From Candidatus Kuenenia stuttgartensis (GTDB lineage: Bacteria; Planctomycetota; UBA11346), in contig CAMCMZ010000011.1 in assembly GCA_945876185.1 (NCBI GenBank), positions 3,275 to 67,274 on the forward strand: a DNA stretch of 64,000 nucleotides. Direction: 5' to 3'. The stretch's first letter is position 1. Every line of letters starts with the position of its first letter. A model generated the notes under the pieces. It saw only the letters and a program-made list of their open reading frames with translations. It was not told where the DNA came from and did not search any database. Shown one piece after another: positions 52,295-60,931 of the stretch. The position numbers were made by a program, and so were the translations under genes.

Positions 52295-53950
52295 ATGTCC
52301 ACGCCCGTTGCCCGGCTGTCACATTGCTTCAGCGCGATCGCCCTGGCGCTGACGGTCCTCCCGTTGGGTACCAACCGCCTGGATGCCACGGAAACTCCGC
52401 TCCTGATCCCGGGCGAAGGCACCAACTACGCGGCCCAGATCAGCCCGTCCCAGGGTTCGATCACCATGTTCTCGGTCGAGGACACCCGCCTCATCCGCAA
52501 GGGCAGCGCGAACTTTTTCGCCGACCAGGAACTGTATTCCAAATGGGTGATCGCCACCATCAACAGCGCCCCGTGGTCGCTGTTGCGCACCGGCAGTGAC
52601 GCGACCTATGGCGGGTTCTGGAACAACAAGCCGACCGGCCGCGACCTGATGGAACAGATCGCCAAGGTTTATCCCTACACGAAGGAAGACCAGGCGGCGG
52701 AGCTCAAGAAGCCGCTGGAACGCATGTACGAACTGGAGGACAACTTCTGGAAGATCGTCCCGGCCTATGACGGGGTGGTGCGGGCGGCGCTGGCGCGCGA
52801 GCACCTGCTGATCGCGATCCCGAGCCGGCACACCCTGATGTTCTATCGCATCGAAGGTGAGTCCTTCAAGGCGGTGGGCTGGCGCAACTATGGGCCGGAA
52901 TTGTTCGTGCCGAACTCGCTGAACTCGGAACCTTCCCTGCAGCGGCTGCTCCAGACCCTGCCAGCATCTCCGCGCAAGGCCGAGATCGAAAAGACCTTGT
53001 CCGCCTGCGGCCGCCTGCCGGCCGGCGGTGCGACGCCCAAGAGCGACGTCTGGGTCGCCGCGATGGCGAACGAATCCTTCATCGTGGTCGACGTGCCGAA
53101 CCAGCGCGTGATGGCCTATCAGCTTCCGGGCAAGAACATCGAACTGCGCGCGGTGCGCAATCTGCAGGCGGATCTTCTGTTGCCGGACCTGCTCGGCGAA
53201 TCGTATTCCTCCACGCCAGCGGAACGCGATCTGGTGGCCCAGCTCGCCAAGGATCCCAGACGCGTGGAGCAGGCCCAGCGCCACGGCATCACCATCGACC
53301 GCGACAGCCTGATCGCGCTGGCGGCGCAATCCAAGCAACCCGGCGCCGGGGCGGGGGCCCTGCAGGCGACGATCACGAACCAGCGCATCCTGCTCGACTT
53401 CACCGAGCAGCGGAAGCTGGTCGAACTCGATTTCCGCGGCCAGACCCAATTGCTGCTGGTGTCGGTGCGCAGCTATGCCCTCGACGCTGGCGTCGCGGCG
53501 CTTGAGGCGCTCTTCACCAGCATCGCCAACGCCCGGCACGTCTTCACCAGCGCCCAGCAGGCCGCCGCCAAGCACAACACCACGGCAGCGATGCTCAATC
53601 TCAAGCTCGCGCTCCAACTCGACCCGTTTCTACTGAAAGACTGCGAGAATGCGGCCGCGTTCATCGAAGTGCGCAGGCATGCCGATTGGCAGGCGACGAT
53701 GAATGCGACCATCCTCGTCCTCGACGAGCTGAAACTGAAGCAGGCCAAGCGCCAGTTCGCCGTGGCGCGCAGCCAGGCCGAGCGCCACAACCTCAAGGAT
53801 GCCCTGGCCAACCTGCGCGCGGCGCTGAAACTGGCCCCGAGCCTCGCCTCTGAGGCTGAATCGCTTCCCGAAGAACTGCGCCAAGCGCCTGAATTCGCCG
53901 AGATCATCAGCAACGCCCGCAAGGGTGTCGAAGCCCCCAAAGGCCCTTGA
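52295..53950 (+). CDS. Hypothetical secreted protein (551 aa)
   Basis: It has a signal peptide (MSTPVARLSHCFSAIALALTVLPLG). The C-terminal third is TPR-like/helical (NTTAAMLNLKLALQLDP, HNLKDALANLRAALKLAP). I cannot assign a family. Confidence 0.6.
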   Translation: MSTPVARLSHCFSAIALALTVLPLGTNRLDATETPLLIPGEGTNYAAQISPSQGSITMFSVEDTRLIRKGSANFFADQELYSKWVIATINSAPWSLLRTGSDATYGGFWNNKPTGRDLMEQIAKVYPYTKEDQAAELKKPLERMYELEDNFWKIVPAYDGVVRAALAREHLLIAIPSRHTLMFYRIEGESFKAVGWRNYGPELFVPNSLNSEPSLQRLLQTLPASPRKAEIEKTLSACGRLPAGGATPKSDVWVAAMANESFIVVDVPNQRVMAYQLPGKNIELRAVRNLQADLLLPDLLGESYSSTPAERDLVAQLAKDPRRVEQAQRHGITIDRDSLIALAAQSKQPGAGAGALQATITNQRILLDFTEQRKLVELDFRGQTQLLLVSVRSYALDAGVAALEALFTSIANARHVFTSAQQAAAKHNTTAAMLNLKLALQLDPFLLKDCENAAAFIEVRRHADWQATMNATILVLDELKLKQAKRQFAVARSQAERHNLKDALANLRAALKLAPSLASEAESLPEELRQAPEFAEIISNARKGVEAPKGP

Positions 53951-54101
53951 GCCAGCGCGGGAAGTCCTGCCAGACGCACCCGCATCCACCCGCACAAGGG
54001 GCGGGACTTGTGGAGCGCCCGTCTGTTATTCATGCTCCCGCAATGCTTGCTCGCTGTCGTCCCTTTGAGGTGGGCCCTGGGCCCGTTGACGCGGACCGGC
54101 G

Positions 54102-54866
54102 ATGATCCTGGGACTGATCAGCGACATCCATGGCAACCTCGCCGCCCTCAAGGCGGTGCTCGCCGACATGGAGCAAAGCGGGGCTGAAAAGGTGCTCTGC
54201 CTCGGCGATGTGGTCGGCTACGGCCCCTTTCCGGGCGAATGCCTGGATCTGGTCCGCCGCTGCGGCGCGGTGCTGATGGGCAACCATGAGGAAGCCCTGC
54301 TCTACGGCGCCGAAAACTTCAATCCCCGCGCCCGCCGGGCGATCGACTGGACGCGCGAGCACCTGCAAACTGATGGCGATGAACAAACCCGCGAGTACCG
54401 CTGGCGCATCCTGCGCAACCTGCAACTGCACGCCCAGGACGGGCCGTTCCTGTTCACCCACGCCAGCCCGCGCCAGCCGACGCGCGAATACGTGCTGCCC
54501 AAGGACATCCACAACCACGCGAAGATGCAGGAGATTTTCAGCCTCATCCCGCAGGTCTGCTTCGTCGGCCACACCCACATCCCGGGCGTCTTCCTGCCCG
54601 ACCTGACCTTCACCCCGCCGAGCCAGCTCTGGGCCTCGACCTACTTCATCGAGCCGGGCGAAAAAGCGCTGGTCAACATCGGCTCGGTCGGCCAGCCCCG
54701 CGACGGCGACGTGCGGGCGTGCTACGTCCTCCTCGACACCGATCCGGGCGCACCGCGAGTGGTCTACCGGCGCATCGCCTACGATGTCGAAGCGACCGCG
54801 ATGGCGATTGAGGCCAACCCGAACCTCGATCATTACCTCGCTGAACGCCTTCGCCTCGGCCGCTGA
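54102..54866 (+). CDS. Metallophosphoesterase (calcineurin-like phosphoesterase) family protein
   Basis: Motifs SDIHGN, GDVVGYG, GNHE and GHTH appear in canonical order. Confidence 0.85.
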   Translation: MILGLISDIHGNLAALKAVLADMEQSGAEKVLCLGDVVGYGPFPGECLDLVRRCGAVLMGNHEEALLYGAENFNPRARRAIDWTREHLQTDGDEQTREYRWRILRNLQLHAQDGPFLFTHASPRQPTREYVLPKDIHNHAKMQEIFSLIPQVCFVGHTHIPGVFLPDLTFTPPSQLWASTYFIEPGEKALVNIGSVGQPRDGDVRACYVLLDTDPGAPRVVYRRIAYDVEATAMAIEANPNLDHYLAERLRLGR

Positions 54867-55000
54867 ACGCTGTCCGGGCCGATCGATGCCGGCAGCGCAT
54901 CGTCTACGATAAGAACCCACCACGCGCGCATCATCCTGCCCAGCCAACGCTGGCCTGACCGCCGGTGCCGCCCAGCATCCCGCACCACAGGAGTCACCCC

Positions 55001-56080
55001 ATGCCCCGCGTCTTCAATTTCAGCGCCGGTCCCGCCATGCTGCCCACGGAAGTGCTCGAAGCCTCCGCCAAGGCGCTACTCGACTTCCAGGGCAAAGGAT
55101 TCGGCATCGCGGAATGCTCGCACCGCGGCAAGGAATTTGACGGCGTCATCGACGAGGCCATCGCCCGCACGAAGTCGCTGCTCGGTCTCGGCGACACCCA
55201 CGACGTGCTCTTCTTGCAAGGCGGCGCCACCGCGCTGTTCAGCCAGATTCCGCAGAACATCGCCAACGGACCGATCGACATCCTGGTTTCGGGCGAGTGG
55301 TCGCAGAAGGCCGCCAAGGTCGCCAAGGAGGCCGGCCTGAAGGTCAACGTGGTGGCCACCAGCGAAGGCACCAACTTCGACCGCAGTCCGCTGCCCGGCG
55401 AGTGGAAGCTCAGCCCCGATGCCGCGTATTTCCACGTCTGCAGCAACGAAACCGTGCACGGCCATCGCCTCACCACCTGGCCCGAGCACGCAAATCTGGT
55501 GGTCGACGCGTCATCAGAATTCATGTCGCGCCCGCATCCGGTCAACCGCGCCGCCGTGGTCTACGCCGGGGCGCAGAAGAACCTCGGCCCGGCTGGCGTC
55601 GTCCTGGTTCTGGTGCGCAAGGATCTCTACCCGCGCATCCCGAAGTCCGTGCCCGGCCTGTTCAATCTGCAGAAGCTGGCCGAGAGCAAGAGCATGATCA
55701 ACACCCCGCCGACGTTCGGGATCTACATCCTGCTCGAAACCTTCCGCTGGCTCGAACGCCAGGGTGGCCTCGCCGGCCTGGAAGCCCGCAATGCCGAGAA
55801 AGCCAACCTGCTCTACCAGGCGATCGACGGATCCGGCGGCTGGTACACCGGCACCGTGGCGGTGAAGGAACAGCGCAGCCACATGAACGTGACCTTCCGC
55901 CTGCCAAGCGAGGAACTCACCGACCGCTTCGTCAAGGAAGCCGCCCTCCAGGGCATGGTCGCGCTCAAGGGCTACCGCACCGTCGGCGGTATTCGCGCCT
56001 CGATCTACAACGCCTTACCGCTTGAAGGCGCCAAGGCGCTGGCGCAGTTCATGAAGGATTTCCAGAAAAAAGCCGGTTGA
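55001..56080 (+). CDS. serC: Phosphoserine aminotransferase
   Basis: AGGAG lies 7 nt upstream of ATG 55001. FNFSAGPAMLP, ECSHRGKEF, QGGATA and KNLGPAGV are typical of SerC. Confidence 0.9.
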   Translation: MPRVFNFSAGPAMLPTEVLEASAKALLDFQGKGFGIAECSHRGKEFDGVIDEAIARTKSLLGLGDTHDVLFLQGGATALFSQIPQNIANGPIDILVSGEWSQKAAKVAKEAGLKVNVVATSEGTNFDRSPLPGEWKLSPDAAYFHVCSNETVHGHRLTTWPEHANLVVDASSEFMSRPHPVNRAAVVYAGAQKNLGPAGVVLVLVRKDLYPRIPKSVPGLFNLQKLAESKSMINTPPTFGIYILLETFRWLERQGGLAGLEARNAEKANLLYQAIDGSGGWYTGTVAVKEQRSHMNVTFRLPSEELTDRFVKEAALQGMVALKGYRTVGGIRASIYNALPLEGAKALAQFMKDFQKKAG

Positions 56081-56104
56081 TAGAGCGAATTTTGCGAATG
56101 GGCC

Positions 56105-56230
56105 GAAGGCGGGGCAACGCAGCGCTCCCCGCCGCCATCCGGCAAGCGTGACAGCCTCCCGCAAGTCGAAGGTGGGGCAGCGCAGCGCCCCCCGCCGCCA
56201 TCCGGGCAACCGTCTCGACCGCGCAAGGAC
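56105..56230. repeat. 63-nt tandem direct repeat x2 (~80% identical), each unit containing a GC hairpin
   Basis: Unit 1 (56105-56167) begins gaaggcggggcaacgcagcgctccccgccgccatccgg. Unit 2 (56168-56230) begins gaaggtggggcagcgcagcgccccccgccgccatccggg. The stem is ggcgggg/ccccgcc. Confidence 0.85.
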
Positions 56231-56368
56231 GCGGTGAAAAGGTCATGCCGGGCAACCACGGGGTCCAGGGCCATTGGCCCTGGCAGGGCGTGGCGGGACA
56301 GCGTCCCGCTGATAACAGGAAACGACGCTCCCAATCCCGGAATCAGACCCACACTCACGGCCACGCCC

Positions 56369-58114
56369 ATGCTCACCCCGACCCGCACCTGGAAGGCCCG
56401 GCAGCCGCCCGAGGACATCGTCCGGGAACTGGAACATGACCTTGGGGTGTCGGCGCTGACGGCAAGGCTGCTGGCCGCGCGTGGGGTGCAGGGCGGCACG
56501 GATGCGCGCACCTACCTCGGGCACCGCCTCGCCGACCTGCATGCGCCGGAACTCATGGCCGGGATGGCCGACGCCGCCCGGCTGTTCGCTGAGGCGATCG
56601 CGGGCCGCAAGCGCATCCTCATCCATGGCGATTACGACGTCGACGGATCCACCGCTGCGTCGCTGCTCGCACTGTTCGCCCGCGCTTGCGGGCACGAGGC
56701 CATCGTCTTCATCCCGCACCGGCGCATCGACGGCTACGGCCTGGGCGAAGCCAGCTTGGCGGCGGTGGTCGAACAGCGCGCCGAACTGATGATCACGGTG
56801 GATTGCGGCATCAGCGATGCCGGCTTTGGCGCCCGCATCGAAGCCGAGACTGGCTGCGTGGTGGTGATCACTGACCACCATCTGCCTCCTGCCACGCTGC
56901 CGAACGTGCGGGCGGTGTGCAATCCGAACCGGACGGACTGCACCTACCCCGACAAGGCCCTCGCCGGCGTCGGGGTGGCCTGGAAGCTGGCCTGGGCGAC
57001 CGCGAAGGTGCTGTCCGGCTCGGTCGAAACCGACGGCAAGGTCAGCCCCCGGCTGCGTGAATTCCTCCTCGATTCCACCGCCCTGGTCGCGCTGGGCACC
57101 ATTTCCGACTGCGCCGCGCTGACCGGCGAGAACCGCATCCTGGTGCACCATGGCCTGCTCGCGCTCGCTCGCAGCGGCAGTCCCGGACTGCGCGCGCTGC
57201 TTGTCCAGGCGCGGATGGACGGCGCGATCGAGGCCACCGATGTCGGTTGGCGGCTTGGCCCGCTGCTCAATGCCGCCGGCCGGGTCGGCAGCGCGATGGA
57301 CAACATCACCCTGCTCACCGCGACCAGTGCCGACGTGGCCGGGGCGGCGCTGGCCGGCATCGTGAGCGAAAACGAGGAGCGCAAGCGGCTCACCCTGGCG
57401 CTCACGGCGGAACTCACCGCCCGCGCGGCCCAGCCCGAGTCCGCCGCGCGCAGCAGCCTGGTTTTTGCCGGCGAAAACTGGCACCAGGGCGTGGTCGGCA
57501 TCGTCGCCGGACGCCTGTGCGAGCAGTTCGCCAAGCCCGCCTGCGTGATCGCGATCAACGACGGGGTCGGTAAGGGCAGCCTGCGCACCACCGCCCTGGT
57601 GCCGCTCGATCAGGCGCTCAACGCCTGCCGGGCGCACCTCATCAAGGGCGGCGGCCACGCGATGGCGGCGGGGATCTCGATCGAGCCCGGCAAGGTCGCG
57701 GATTTCTCTGCCGCTTTCGAGGCCTTCGTCGCGGCGCGCACCGGTTCGGCGCACGGCCCGCACACCGAGCACGACGGACACGCCCAGATCGGCGAACTCG
57801 ACAGCGACTTCTTCACCGCGCTCGCCGGCATGGCACCGTTCGGCATCGCCAACCCGGAACCGCTCCTGCGCATCGATGACGTCGCCTTCGTCACCCGGCC
57901 GCGCCTGTTCGGCGCGACCGGCGACCATGTCCGAGGCGCGGTGTCGGATCGCGGCGGTGGCCTGCGCGAACTCCTGGCCTGGCGCGGCAAGGATCTTTTT
58001 CCCGGCTTCAGCGCCCAGGGCGCCCGTTTCGACCTGCTGGTGCGGCCGAAGAGCGAAACCTGGCGCGGCGCGGTGCAGACGCGCCTGGTCTACGTGGACG
58101 GACGCACGCGATGA
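56369..58114 (+). CDS. recJ: Single-stranded-DNA-specific exonuclease RecJ
   Basis: DHH family motifs are IHGDYDVDGSTAA, VDCG, VITDHH and GGHAMAAG. I chose ATG 56369; the longer ORF runs from 56234. Confidence 0.85.
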   Translation: MLTPTRTWKARQPPEDIVRELEHDLGVSALTARLLAARGVQGGTDARTYLGHRLADLHAPELMAGMADAARLFAEAIAGRKRILIHGDYDVDGSTAASLLALFARACGHEAIVFIPHRRIDGYGLGEASLAAVVEQRAELMITVDCGISDAGFGARIEAETGCVVVITDHHLPPATLPNVRAVCNPNRTDCTYPDKALAGVGVAWKLAWATAKVLSGSVETDGKVSPRLREFLLDSTALVALGTISDCAALTGENRILVHHGLLALARSGSPGLRALLVQARMDGAIEATDVGWRLGPLLNAAGRVGSAMDNITLLTATSADVAGAALAGIVSENEERKRLTLALTAELTARAAQPESAARSSLVFAGENWHQGVVGIVAGRLCEQFAKPACVIAINDGVGKGSLRTTALVPLDQALNACRAHLIKGGGHAMAAGISIEPGKVADFSAAFEAFVAARTGSAHGPHTEHDGHAQIGELDSDFFTALAGMAPFGIANPEPLLRIDDVAFVTRPRLFGATGDHVRGAVSDRGGGLRELLAWRGKDLFPGFSAQGARFDLLVRPKSETWRGAVQTRLVYVDGRTR

Positions 58115-59067
58115 GCCGCGACATCCTGCGGCGCTGGCCGCGGGTGCGGCGGTTCTGCTGGAAGCTGGCGACCTCGGCGTCGAAGCGCATCCCGCTCAAC
58201 GCCACGCGCTTCCTCGCGCATTGCGCCGGGGTCGCGGCCTACCGTCTGGATGCGCGCGGGCGCAAGCGCGTGCGGCGCAACCTGGCCAACCTGGTGCCGC
58301 GCGGCTGCGACGAGGCGCTCGACCGGGTGACGCGCCGGTCCTACACCCATTTCGCGGTCGCCACCGCCGAATCGCTGCGCATCGGCCGCCTGCCCCGGCG
58401 CTTTTTCGGCGCCGAACGCCTGGAGGTGCGCGATCCCTTCGGGGTGCTCCAGCAAACTCCGATCCCGGGGCCGGCGATCCTGGTCACGGTGCACGCGAAC
58501 TGGGAACTGTTGGCCGCAGCGTTGCACCACCTGGGGCTGATGCGCGAAGCGGTGACCATCGCCCTCGGCCATGGCGATCCCTTCATTGACCACGTCTTTG
58601 AACGCCTGCGCGCCTCGGTAGGCTGCGAGAGCGTGCTCATCGACCGCGGCCCGTTGGCGGCGCTACGCGCCCTGCACGACGGCAAACTGCTGCTGCTCGC
58701 CGGCGACCGCGATTACGCCGGCAGCGGTCCACAGGTGCCCATGGCCGGCCGGCCAATGCGCCTGCCCATCGGCCCGGCCGCGCTCGCGGTACAGACCGGC
58801 GCCCCGATCATTCCGCTTTACCTGGGAAAACGCTCGGCGCGGCGCTTCACCCTGATCGCGGGCCGGCCGCTCTACGCCCACCCCGACGCGCCCAAACATG
58901 AAGAGGCCCCGCGCCTCACCGCCGAACTCGGCCAGGCCCTGGCGCGCTTCCTGCTCGCCGCCCCGGCGCAGTGGGCGGCGTTCCATCCGGTGTGGGATGA
59001 CGATCCCGGATCAACGGGCAGCGGCGCGAGCGGGCGTCAGAGCGGCCGGACGGCAACCGTTGGTTGA
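58111..59067 (+). CDS. Lipid A biosynthesis (lauroyl/myristoyl) acyltransferase family protein
   Basis: The ATG overlaps the recJ stop (ATGA). The HANWE motif (HX4E-type) and the overall LpxL/HtrB-like layout are present. Confidence 0.65.
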   Translation: MSRDILRRWPRVRRFCWKLATSASKRIPLNATRFLAHCAGVAAYRLDARGRKRVRRNLANLVPRGCDEALDRVTRRSYTHFAVATAESLRIGRLPRRFFGAERLEVRDPFGVLQQTPIPGPAILVTVHANWELLAAALHHLGLMREAVTIALGHGDPFIDHVFERLRASVGCESVLIDRGPLAALRALHDGKLLLLAGDRDYAGSGPQVPMAGRPMRLPIGPAALAVQTGAPIIPLYLGKRSARRFTLIAGRPLYAHPDAPKHEEAPRLTAELGQALARFLLAAPAQWAAFHPVWDDDPGSTGSGASGRQSGRTATVG

Positions 59068-59525
59068 ACCGGCACCTGCATCAATCCCTTGGCGCGGCAG
59101 GCGGCGCACCAGCCATAGAGTTCGAGCCGATGCGAGGCGAGCACGAAGTCCAACTCGCGCGCGACGTCCTCCTGGATGGCCTCGATGATGTCGCGCTGGA
59201 ATTCGCGAATCGTGCCGCAACCCAGACAGACCAGATGATCGTGGTGCGGCTTGTCGAGGTTCGGTTCGAAGGTCGAAGATCCGTCGCCGAACTGGCGCTT
59301 GGCGGCGACGCCGATCTCGACCAACAGGTTGAGCGTGCGGTAGACCGTCGCGGCGCTGACCGTGCCGTCGCTGAGACGCGCGCGGCGGTGGATCTCCTCG
59401 ACCGTGAGGTGATCTCCGCTCGCGACGAAGGCCTCGACGATGGTCTGGCGCTGGCTCGTCCAGCGCACGCCGCGCCGGCGGGCCTCGGCGCGGACGAACT
59501 GGATGACCTCGGCCGGTTCGCGCAT
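59037..59525 (-). CDS. fur: Fur family transcriptional regulator
   Basis: The winged helix is TSQRQTIVEAF...HLTVEEI...VSAATVYRTLNLL. Metal sites are HHDHLVCLGCG...C..C. Its 3' end overlaps the convergent acyltransferase gene by 31 nt. Confidence 0.85.
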   Translation of the reverse strand: MREPAEVIQFVRAEARRRGVRWTSQRQTIVEAFVASGDHLTVEEIHRRARLSDGTVSAATVYRTLNLLVEIGVAAKRQFGDGSSTFEPNLDKPHHDHLVCLGCGTIREFQRDIIEAIQEDVARELDFVLASHRLELYGWCAACRAKGLMQVPVQPTVAVRPL

Positions 59526-59682
59526 GGCGGCAGCGTGGCTGCGACGGCGCTGGCCTCAAGCCTCCGGATCGGACATGGATGCGGCAGCGGACGCCCGCGT
59601 GCCTCTTGGCGCAGCCAAGATGGGTGTAGGGTGACGCAGCCGGCCGGACGCCGGCGCCAACCTCCTACCCTCGGGGAACCAC

Positions 59683-60675
59683 ATGCCCAAACCCATCCGT
59701 GTCGCCGTCACCGGTGCTGCCGGTCAGATCGCCTACAGCCTCCTTCCGCGCATCGCCTCGGGCGAAATGCTTGGCAAGGACGTGCCCGTCATTCTGCATC
59801 TGCTCGACATTCCCGTGGAAAAAGCCCAGTTGGCACTGAAGGGCGTGGCGATGGAGCTCGACGACTGCGCGTTCCCGCTGCTCCAGGGGATCGTCTGCAC
59901 CGACAAGCCCGAAGTCGCCTTCAAGGATGCCAACTGGTGTCTGCTCGTCGGCGCCAAGCCGCGCGGCCCCGGCATGGAGCGCGCCGACTTGCTGAAAGAC
60001 AACGGCCGCATCTTTATCAGCCAGGGCAAGGCGATCGACGAGAACGCCGCCGATGACTGCCGCATCGCGGTGGTCGGCAATCCCTGCAACACCAACTGCA
60101 TGATCGCTGCGGCCCAGGCCAAGCGCCTGCCGCGCGAGCGCTTCACCGCGATGACCCGGCTCGACCAGAACCGCGCCTACACCCAGCTCGCCAAGAAGGC
60201 CGGCGTCGCGGTGACCGCGATCAGCGACCTGGTGATCTACGGCAACCACTCGCCGACGATGTACAGCGACTTCTACCACGCGACCATCGCCGGCAAGCCG
60301 CTGACCGAGGTCATCACCGATGAGAAGTGGCTCCAGGAAACCCTCCAGTCCACCGTCGGCAAGCGCGGAGCCGAGATCATCGCAGCGCGCGGCGCGTCGT
60401 CGGCCTTCTCGGCCGCCAACGCCCTGATCGACCACGTCCGCGCCCTGGTGACGGTCAGCCCGGCTCTGCATTCGATCGCCGTGCCAAGCGATGGCAGCTA
60501 CGGCTTCAGCGCCGGCGTCTGGGCCTCGGTGCCGGTCCGCACCACCGCCTACGGCACCTACACCGTCGACAAGTCGTACAGCCACAACGAATGGGCCCAG
60601 GGCAAGATCAAGGCCACCAACGCCGAACTGGTCGGCGAACGCGACACCATCAAGGATTTCCTGGGCGACGCCTGA
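59683..60675 (+). CDS. mdh: Malate dehydrogenase (LDH-like MDH family 2)
   Basis: [40 protein letters not shown] and TRLDQNRA are typical of MDH. Confidence 0.9.
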   Translation: MPKPIRVAVTGAAGQIAYSLLPRIASGEMLGKDVPVILHLLDIPVEKAQLALKGVAMELDDCAFPLLQGIVCTDKPEVAFKDANWCLLVGAKPRGPGMERADLLKDNGRIFISQGKAIDENAADDCRIAVVGNPCNTNCMIAAAQAKRLPRERFTAMTRLDQNRAYTQLAKKAGVAVTAISDLVIYGNHSPTMYSDFYHATIAGKPLTEVITDEKWLQETLQSTVGKRGAEIIAARGASSAFSAANALIDHVRALVTVSPALHSIAVPSDGSYGFSAGVWASVPVRTTAYGTYTVDKSYSHNEWAQGKIKATNAELVGERDTIKDFLGDA

Positions 60676-60684
60676 ATCAGACTA

Positions 60685-60784
60685 AAAATCGCAATTGCAC
60701 CCCATCTGCGGCGTTGGTCGTCAGTCATTTGGCGCTGCCAAACTCCTTCCTCCCGCCTTGCATCTGGGGTACACTTGCGATTTT
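60685..60784 (+). repeat. PRE-6: 100-nt palindromic repeat element, subfamily B
   Basis: The arms are aaaatcgcaattgcacccca and tggggtacacttgcgatttt, with central hairpin tttggc-gct-gccaaa. It starts 9 nt after the mdh TGA (60673-60675). Confidence 0.9.
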
Positions 60785-60931
60785 TCCAAAAGATGAGGAA
60801 GGATCAGCGACGCCAGCATGCGCTGGATGACGACGTCGCCTTGCCCGGGGCGGCGTCGGTCACGCTGGGTTGTCTGCCGGATCTTTCCACTCGGTGAACC
60901 GGGGTTCGCAAGTATTCTCCTGGCAGATTCC

